Positions 18,970 through 24,296 of a stretch of 24,296 nt of DNA are shown here, piece after piece. Position 1 is the first letter of the stretch, and every line of letters begins with the position of its first letter. Both the position numbers and the translations under genes were made by a program. The notes beneath the pieces were generated by a model, which saw only the letters and a program-made list of their open reading frames with translations, had not been told where the DNA came from and did no database searches. Source of the DNA: a virus; the IMG/VR virus record IMGVR_UViG_3300037245_003526, positions 1 to 24,296 of that record, one strand, 5' to 3'.

Positions 18970-20121
18970 CTATCCATTTATAGCAGCGAGGGCATTTATC
19001 ATTTGCTCAGGAATGACCAACACACGCTCAACAACATCTTCCAGGATTGTCTTTGCATTTATGTTTTTCTCAAGGGTTGTGAATTTTGCAAGAGCATTAA
19101 ACAAACCCCAGCTGGTAATATTTGCACGCTGTCCTTCTTCTCCAAACGCTTCTGTAATAATAACAGAAATATCTTCACGTCTTTTCTTCCCAGCTTTCTT
19201 TTCGATAAGGTCCAGAAGTTTCATCATATCATCTTCAGTAACAGGACTTTGAATATTCGCAGTAATCATGTCACCAATATTCTGTGTGAAAACAGTAACA
19301 TATTCACCCATTGCTGAACTCAAAATAGTGGAGGCACCTTCGATGTGAATCTGACGAATGTAACCAAGTTTGTTCTTTGAACCGAATCTTACATCCCCAT
19401 CATCACCGCTACTGAAATACATCCCGAATGTAATATCCGCTGCCTTGGTTCCGTCATAACTATTTCTGACACTTATCATCGGAAATACATCTCCAACCTG
19501 GGCAACGTTCTGGGCATTTGAAATAATTATTTCATGTCTCATTGTGGCAAAATTTGCGGAGAGATAGTTCTCTTCACTAAATACCGGAGAACCAACTTCG
19601 GATAAAGACTCCTTTATTCTGTCAATCAGAGCAGCATTACCCTCAAACTTATAAAAATTGGATATTGGACCAACATATTTCCATACAGAATCAGCTGCAA
19701 TACTCTTTGTAAATATTGCAATATGAGGAATAAGGGTATCTGCTATTGGGTTATGTTCCCCACCCATTGTTACAAGATTCATATAAGCAACTTCACTGCG
19801 GGTATCAACATAATGAAAACAACCAGGAGATAATGTAACCAAACCCATATCAGTTGCTCTATCTGCAAAGTCCTTACGTACAGGATCTGCTGGTGCTTCC
19901 TGGGTATCTTCCCCGGCGTCTGTATCATCAGTTGTGTCAGTTGCTTCAGTTGCTTCAGGAGTAAGATCTCCCTCAGTCTCAGATCCGATATCATTAGCTG
20001 CAAGAGCTTCCTCAAGATTTTCAAGATTTTCAATATCAAGATCACCATTTGCTGCTACGTCTGTGTCTACATTTTCTGTACCTTCAGTTGCTACGTTTTC
20101 TGCTGCATTTTGATCAATCAT
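18970..20121 (-). CDS. hypothetical protein with an acidic low-complexity N-terminus (D/E/T-rich) and a globular C-terminal domain; visibly higher G+C than its neighbours
   Basis: AAAGGA ribosome-binding site. The N-terminal roughly 80 aa are rich in DTD/EATEATD repeats. An NSYDGTKAADITFG segment faintly resembles the phage/plasmid-like DUF932 family (uncertain, from memory). Confidence 0.5.
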   Translation of the reverse strand: MIDQNAAENVATEGTENVDTDVAANGDLDIENLENLEEALAANDIGSETEGDLTPEATEATDTTDDTDAGEDTQEAPADPVRKDFADRATDMGLVTLSPGCFHYVDTRSEVAYMNLVTMGGEHNPIADTLIPHIAIFTKSIAADSVWKYVGPISNFYKFEGNAALIDRIKESLSEVGSPVFSEENYLSANFATMRHEIIISNAQNVAQVGDVFPMISVRNSYDGTKAADITFGMYFSSGDDGDVRFGSKNKLGYIRQIHIEGASTILSSAMGEYVTVFTQNIGDMITANIQSPVTEDDMMKLLDLIEKKAGKKRREDISVIITEAFGEEGQRANITSWGLFNALAKFTTLEKNINAKTILEDVVERVLVIPEQMINALAAING

Positions 20122-20201
20122 TTTTTTTCCTTTCAGATTTCATTTAAGTTAATTAATTAATTACTTCCTTTCGTTACTTCTCTAAAAAATTTACTACCTT
20201 T

Positions 20202-20576
20202 CTAATACCCTCCTTCTCCCTTAATAATTGTTATATTTTCAGGTACACTTCCTTCCTCTATTCCCTCATGACAAAGTGTAATCTCTGCACCTCCTCCTCC
20301 ATCACCTTCATCTGATGCTTGGAAGATTAATACTGTACCACCTCCTTCAATAATTTGTTTACATTGTTCATATTCTTCATTTTTATCAAAATAGTTTTCT
20401 TTCCATAATTCATCAAGCTGAGTAATAGTTTTTGCAACTTCTGAACCATGATCACTATATTCTACTTCATATACTGTAGTAATTGTTATAGGAACACTTT
20501 TAGCATTAGGATCCTTAATACCTAAAATAAATGAAGCACTTGATGAATTAGTTACAAAGTCTCCCTTGATTTTCAT
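20202..20576 (-). CDS. small paralog 1 with the conserved N-terminus MKIKGDFVTNSSSASF; C-terminus Gly/Glu-rich
   Basis: GGAGGG ribosome-binding site. Its start lies 3 nt after the lipoprotein stop (TGATAAATG), consistent with translational coupling. It shares the N-terminal 16 aa with the ORFs at 21809-22198 and 23525-23884. Confidence 0.55.
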   Translation of the reverse strand: MKIKGDFVTNSSSASFILGIKDPNAKSVPITITTVYEVEYSDHGSEVAKTITQLDELWKENYFDKNEEYEQCKQIIEGGGTVLIFQASDEGDGGGGAEITLCHEGIEEGSVPENITIIKGEGGY

Positions 20577-20579
20577 TTA

Positions 20580-21164
20580 TCACCCTCCACAAGATATAGA
20601 TTTATAATCACCCCATTCATCTTCTACTGCTACATAATAAAGTTTTCTACCAATATAAAGTATAACCTTACTATCACCTTCTTTCCTTTCACAGTCCAAT
20701 AATAAATCATTTGAAAATTTAAATGATTCAAACTCATCTGATTGATCCCCACTTGAAGGAGCCGTATAATTATCAGTACCTATCAAACGAGCATACCATT
20801 CAGGGTCCAACTTATCAAACTTGGCACCATCATATGTTTTAATATTACTTTCAGCAGTATATGAATGGGTAAGTACAGTATCATTTGTAGATATAATTAT
20901 ATCCTTAATATCTATAAATGCCATAGCTGATTCTGATGGTTTAACTTTTCTCTGTCTTATTGCTTCTCTAACAAAATTTAGACGATCAGTTCTACCACTA
21001 CCCTTTGAATATCCCCATACATCAGCACATTTATCATATAATATTTTTTCTTTCATTGTCATTTTTTCAAAGGTTAGATTATACTTTTCCTCACCTTCAA
21101 TAGAATCACATCCAGTAAATAATAACAACAACATAAGGGGAATAAAAAGCATTATGTATTTCAT
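20580..21164 (-). CDS. putative lipoprotein (signal peptide plus lipobox LFTGC)
   Basis: The N-terminus MKYIMLFIPLMLLLLFTGCDS has a hydrophobic core followed by Cys. Confidence 0.55.
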   Translation of the reverse strand: MKYIMLFIPLMLLLLFTGCDSIEGEEKYNLTFEKMTMKEKILYDKCADVWGYSKGSGRTDRLNFVREAIRQRKVKPSESAMAFIDIKDIIISTNDTVLTHSYTAESNIKTYDGAKFDKLDPEWYARLIGTDNYTAPSSGDQSDEFESFKFSNDLLLDCERKEGDSKVILYIGRKLYYVAVEDEWGDYKSISCGG

Positions 21165-21191
21165 AAATCATTTCCTTTCACTTTTCAAGGT

Positions 21192-21809
21192 TTATTTAAT
21201 TCTTTCAGCAATAAATCTAAGATAAATATCTCTACCATCAAATTCAAAATTTTCATCAAGATGCATTAATCTAAATCTTCCTTCATAGGTAAAGAAAAAG
21301 TTAGCTCGTTCTTTTGTCCATATTGAAGCATGTGGGCAAGATGGTTCATTAAGGAGTTCATAGGTGAGAGTTATGTTATGCTTTAAAAAATCAATATCTA
21401 ATACTTTCTCATTTAAAAGCATGTTTGCTAAAATTTTATAATTAGGAACAATTATATCAAGTATCCCTCCTATTTTTAAAGCAGTACTCATTTGATAGAT
21501 AGCAGATAAGACATCACTCTCAGGGATATGTTCAAGAAATCTATATGCAACTATCTTATCAACTTGAAAATTAATTCCATTTAAAACTTTAAACACATCA
21601 TCATCAAGATATATAATTCTGCTTTTATCTCTTGGTTCATCCTCTATTGACCATCTAGTTACCATATCCCTAAGATCTGCTAATCTTTCCCCAGTAAAAT
21701 AACCAGTATCAATATTAATAAGAAAATATGGATTCTTCAACTCCAAAGGTAATAGTTTACCTGCTCCTAAATTTAAAATAACTTCTTCTCTCATTCTACC
21801 CCCTTTCAT
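21192..21809 (-). CDS. putative class I SAM-dependent methyltransferase
   Basis: VILNLGAGK resembles glycine-rich motif I. DKIVAYRFLEHIP and IGGILDIIVPN resemble motifs II and III of the Methyltransf_11/23 type. Its start overlaps the stop of paralog 2 (TAATG). An alternative start is at 21794. Confidence 0.45.
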   Translation of the reverse strand: MKGGRMREEVILNLGAGKLLPLELKNPYFLINIDTGYFTGERLADLRDMVTRWSIEDEPRDKSRIIYLDDDVFKVLNGINFQVDKIVAYRFLEHIPESDVLSAIYQMSTALKIGGILDIIVPNYKILANMLLNEKVLDIDFLKHNITLTYELLNEPSCPHASIWTKERANFFFTYEGRFRLMHLDENFEFDGRDIYLRFIAERIK

Positions 21810-22198
21810 TAACCATTATAACCACAATATGTTTGAGATGTTACTTCATCAATTGTTATGATAATTCCTTTTTCCTTTAGTTGTTTTACCACTCTTTCTT
21901 TTAACTGAGAAACAGTTTCATCATCCTTCATTTGAAAAGGGGATATTCCAATTTGAATACAATCACCATCATAATCATGATAATTAATTAGATCATTTCC
22001 CTTGCATACTAATTCTCCCAATTCATACATTTCTAGAGTCTCAGTAGTTAAGGCAGGATTTTCCGGATTGTCTTCGTTATGAAGAATAACCAATTCTTTA
22101 TCATATTCTTTTTTAAATTGGTAATCCTCCTTCAATATACCCCACGCTACAAAAGATGTAGATGAACTATTTGTTACAAAATCTGCTTTTAATTTCAT
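21809..22198 (-). CDS. small paralog 2 with the conserved N-terminus MKLKADFVTNSSSTSF
   Basis: The preferred start at 22198 is preceded by an AAAGGAAAT ribosome-binding site. The track start at 22213 adds MKGNN upstream. Its stop overlaps the methyltransferase start. Confidence 0.55.
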   Translation of the reverse strand: MKLKADFVTNSSSTSFVAWGILKEDYQFKKEYDKELVILHNEDNPENPALTTETLEMYELGELVCKGNDLINYHDYDGDCIQIGISPFQMKDDETVSQLKERVVKQLKEKGIIITIDEVTSQTYCGYNG

Positions 22199-22279
22199 AT
22201 TATTTCCTTTCATTTTTTTAGTAAATAGACGGAATAATGGGGGCAGATCCTAGCCTGGACCCACCCCCTCTCTTAGTAT

Positions 22280-22352
22280 TCATAACAATGGGAATCGAAC
22301 CCATGTTCTCATGTTTATCAGACATGTGCTTAACCAATTAAGCTATGTTATA
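22280..22352 (-). tRNA. tRNA-Ile (anticodon GAT)
   Basis: Hand-folded cloverleaf on the minus strand. Acceptor is TATAACA/TGTTATG with a U1-G72 pair. D-arm is GCTT-AATTGGTTA-AAGC. Anticodon arm is CATGT-CTGATAA-ACATG. T-arm is ATGGG-TTCGATT-CCCAT. Discriminator is A. No CCA is encoded. Confidence 0.7.
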
Positions 22353-22437
22353 TTGGTGCAGTTACGTTAATAACCGCAGGGTTACATCAAAAATGCTTTT
22401 CATTGAGTACCAATCTAAATATGACAAATATCCCTTT

Positions 22438-22461
22438 GCTCTACCGCTGAGCTACACGCCA
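22438..22461 (-). pseudogene. tRNA 5' fragment (acceptor strand TGGCGTG plus a complete D-arm); no anticodon arm follows
   Basis: The minus strand reads TGGCGTG-TA-GCTC-AGCGGTA-GAGC-A. Downstream sequence does not fold into an anticodon stem. Confidence 0.5.
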
Positions 22462-22505
22462 GTAATTAAAAAATTATATAAACTTTAATTTATATAATTA
22501 TGTAA

Positions 22506-22533
22506 TGGCTGGCGTGACGGGATTTGAACCCGT
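22506..22533 (-). pseudogene. tRNA 3' fragment (T-arm ACGGG-TTCAAAT-CCCGT plus acceptor strand CACGCCA, discriminator G and an encoded CCA)
   Basis: Its acceptor strand is exactly complementary to the 5' fragment at 22438-22461. It lies upstream of that fragment on the minus strand, which is the permuted order. No tRNA 5' half lies upstream of it. Confidence 0.5.
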
Positions 22534-22721
22534 GCATAGAGAAAAATTATATGATTAAGTACCAACTATTGGGCAACAATGCATTTATAAGCTTGTTGGT
22601 TCGTAATTTAAAATAAGGATAATCTATCTGTGGATCCAACATAATTGTTGGACAGAAATAATGAGGAATATAAGTATAAGCTTGAACCAATTTCAATAAT
22701 ATGTTCTCATCAATTAAGTAA

Positions 22722-23492
22722 TTATCCCTTAATTGCGCCATGTATGTAACTAAATATTTCTTTACCAACCTGACGAGATTCAACTTCAGTTCCATTTGCT
22801 CTTTGCCTTGACCTCTTTATTGCTCGAGCAAGTTTATCAATCCTGGCAAGAATTGCTGATTTCTGAGATGGGGAAACCATACCGCACCATCTGTGTGTTG
22901 AATATTCACCAATTGCACTATTCTCAACCCACTCTTTTATCTGGGCAGGATGATGATCAGTGGCATCGTACATAACCTTACTTTGCTGAGTTTTTTCAGT
23001 TTTCTGATCCTTAACCATATTATCATCCTGAAATACTCCTTCACCAATATCAGGAGCTTCTACCCATTTTATTCCAGGAGGAAGTGTAGGAATCTTGCTA
23101 TAAACATCCCTGAGTGTACTCAACTCATACTCCATTTCAAGAAGAAATGTAACTGGAACATTTTCTGCTATTGTAATTCCATCCACAGCTATGTCCGATT
23201 TAGCAAGACAGTTTCCACTTTCCTTTTGAAGCTTGGCATCCCAGAATTTTATGAAGCTCTCGGACATATAGTCAAGTTTATCCTGAACTGTTGTGGTGAT
23301 TTCCTGATGTTCTTCAGTATTCTCTTTTTGTCTGGCATCATCAAACATCCTTAAACTACGATGCTGACCATGAAAATGAGAGACTCTCTTTAAAAATGTT
23401 TGCTCAGTCTCAGTTTTGATTTTTTCTTTTGCTCCTTTGAGACTTCCTACCACTGCCAAAATTTCGTGTAAAACTGGTTTTTTCTTAGACAT
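22722..23492 (-). CDS. hypothetical protein (about 256 aa), moderately higher G+C than flanking DNA
   Basis: The start at 23492 has an AAAGGAAAA ribosome-binding site. The track start at 23510 adds MKGKFK upstream. No motif recognised. Confidence 0.5.
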   Translation of the reverse strand: MSKKKPVLHEILAVVGSLKGAKEKIKTETEQTFLKRVSHFHGQHRSLRMFDDARQKENTEEHQEITTTVQDKLDYMSESFIKFWDAKLQKESGNCLAKSDIAVDGITIAENVPVTFLLEMEYELSTLRDVYSKIPTLPPGIKWVEAPDIGEGVFQDDNMVKDQKTEKTQQSKVMYDATDHHPAQIKEWVENSAIGEYSTHRWCGMVSPSQKSAILARIDKLARAIKRSRQRANGTEVESRQVGKEIFSYIHGAIKG

Positions 23493-23524
23493 TTTAAATT
23501 TTCCTTTCATTAAATTAAAGTTGA

Positions 23525-23884
23525 TTAATCATGCTGAATTTCTATTCCTACTACTTTAAAACCATAAGCATCTTGATATTCAGATACAAAAGTATCAAGA
23601 GCTAGATACTTCATATAATCTGGTATATCTTCATAACCATTGTACATGGACGTCCATTCCTCTATAATAAAAGTATTTGGTTTTGAGTCCTCTTTAATAT
23701 CTGATCCATCCCAAAACCTCATATTTTTAGAAAATCCATGCCAATTATCGTTACCCTTAAACCATTCAATAAACTTACCGAATTGGTTTTTAAACTCTTC
23801 AATACCCGTATCTTCTTTTGTCTCCACTGTTAAAACAAAAGATGCAGAAGAACTATTTGTAATGAAGTCTGCTTTTGCTTTCAT
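23525..23884 (-). CDS. small paralog 3 with the conserved N-terminus MKAKADFITNSSSASF
   Basis: AAGGAGGGAGG ribosome-binding site. Its start lies immediately after the stop of the upstream partial gene. Confidence 0.55.
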   Translation of the reverse strand: MKAKADFITNSSSASFVLTVETKEDTGIEEFKNQFGKFIEWFKGNDNWHGFSKNMRFWDGSDIKEDSKPNTFIIEEWTSMYNGYEDIPDYMKYLALDTFVSEYQDAYGFKVVGIEIQHD

Positions 23885-23897
23885 ATCACCTCCCTCC

Positions 23898-24296
23898 TTA
23901 ATGATTGTTTTCCGCTATTATTATTAAATTGGGTGTTTCTATATTTATACCCGCCATATCCATAGCTCCAGAAAATTTTGTTCCAGAGATTTCACCATCA
24001 TTATCACCAATACCAATTGCAAAAACTGAATTAAAACCCTCTGCTTTTAATTCAATTATATTTTCTATAATATTATCATCAAAAGCTTCATCTAATGTTT
24101 TTATATTTGGAAACATCCAATGCTTCTTTTCACCTGGTTTATCTTCTCTTATACTCATATCAAGTTGTCGTATAAGGTCCCAAATATTGAATGAATAATC
24201 CCATAATTGATTATTAACCTTATCTTCAATTGTAGTTTTATTATTAATAAGAGCTTTATATAAATTAATCTTATCACCCTTAAATATAAAGATATA
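23898..24296 (-). CDS. hypothetical protein, 5'-partial (runs off the window end)
   Basis: The reading frame upstream of the ATG at 24158 stays open to position 24296 (…YIFIFKGDKINLYKALINNKTTIEDKVNNQLWDYSFNIWDLIRQLDMSIRED…). The track ORF 23898-24158 is therefore probably a C-terminal piece of a longer gene. Confidence 0.45.
   Translation of the reverse strand, partial: YIFIFKGDKINLYKALINNKTTIEDKVNNQLWDYSFNIWDLIRQLDMSIREDKPGEKKHWMFPNIKTLDEAFDDNIIENIIELKAEGFNSVFAIGIGDNDGEISGTKFSGAMDMAGINIETPNLIIIAENNH

Noticed and set aside
22353-22437. Possible additional tRNA or an intron continuing from the 5' fragment.
   Set aside because: I could not fold an anticodon arm or T-arm in this stretch by hand. 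CCCTG at about 22385 would need a mismatched stem and no T-loop follows.
22547-22795. An 82-aa ORF on the minus strand spanning the tRNA-fragment gap and the 3' end of the 262-aa gene.
   Set aside because: It overlaps the 3' end of a well-supported gene in another frame and begins inside the non-coding tRNA-remnant region without a ribosome-binding site.
1-24296. CRISPR array, integrase/recombinase, rRNA, or transposase.
   Set aside because: There are no regularly spaced direct repeats, no tyrosine or serine recombinase motifs, and no rRNA-like segments in any long ORF or gap.

Overview
This 24.3-kb window is AT-rich (roughly 70% A+T by eye) and densely coding. Nearly every gene has a strong AAGGAG/GGAGG-type ribosome-binding site, and many adjacent genes overlap at stop and start (ATGA, TAATG, TAGTG). 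This looks like a tailed phage or prophage of a low-GC Firmicutes-type host. Two convergent blocks meet at about 6270.

- **Plus-strand operon, 71-6257.** A morphogenesis operon with a gp25/GpW-like baseplate wedge protein, an 849-aa structural protein and three unknowns.
- **Minus-strand run, 24296 down to 6280.** In transcription order this carries: an accessory region (20.2-24.3 kb); a 480-aa unknown; a T4-like ATP-dependent DNA ligase; several small genes including a small helix-turn-helix protein; a 410-aa unknown; a non-coding region with a perfect 21-bp inverted repeat; a clear terminase large subunit (Walker A SRQIGIST, Walker B LVIDEAAF); an HExxH protein; a 1042-aa glycine-zipper protein (tape-measure-like or internal virion protein); and a 406-aa Gly/Ala-rich protein.

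The accessory region at 18.9-24.3 kb is the most unusual part.

- **Paralogous small proteins.** Three proteins of 119-134 aa share a near-identical 16-residue N-terminus, M-K-x-K-[AG]-D-F-[VI]-T-N-S-S-S-[AT]-S-F, and have unrelated C-termini. Each sits immediately upstream of a different cargo gene: a 262-aa unknown, a SAM-methyltransferase-like protein followed by a lipoprotein, and a 383-aa acidic protein.
- **Composition.** Two of the cargo genes are visibly richer in G+C than their surroundings.
- **tRNA locus.** One gap holds an intact tRNA-Ile(GAT) plus a tRNA 5' fragment and a 3' fragment in permuted order.

I found no CRISPR array, integrase or rRNA. Functional calls other than the terminase, ligase, tRNA-Ile and the gp25-like protein are tentative.
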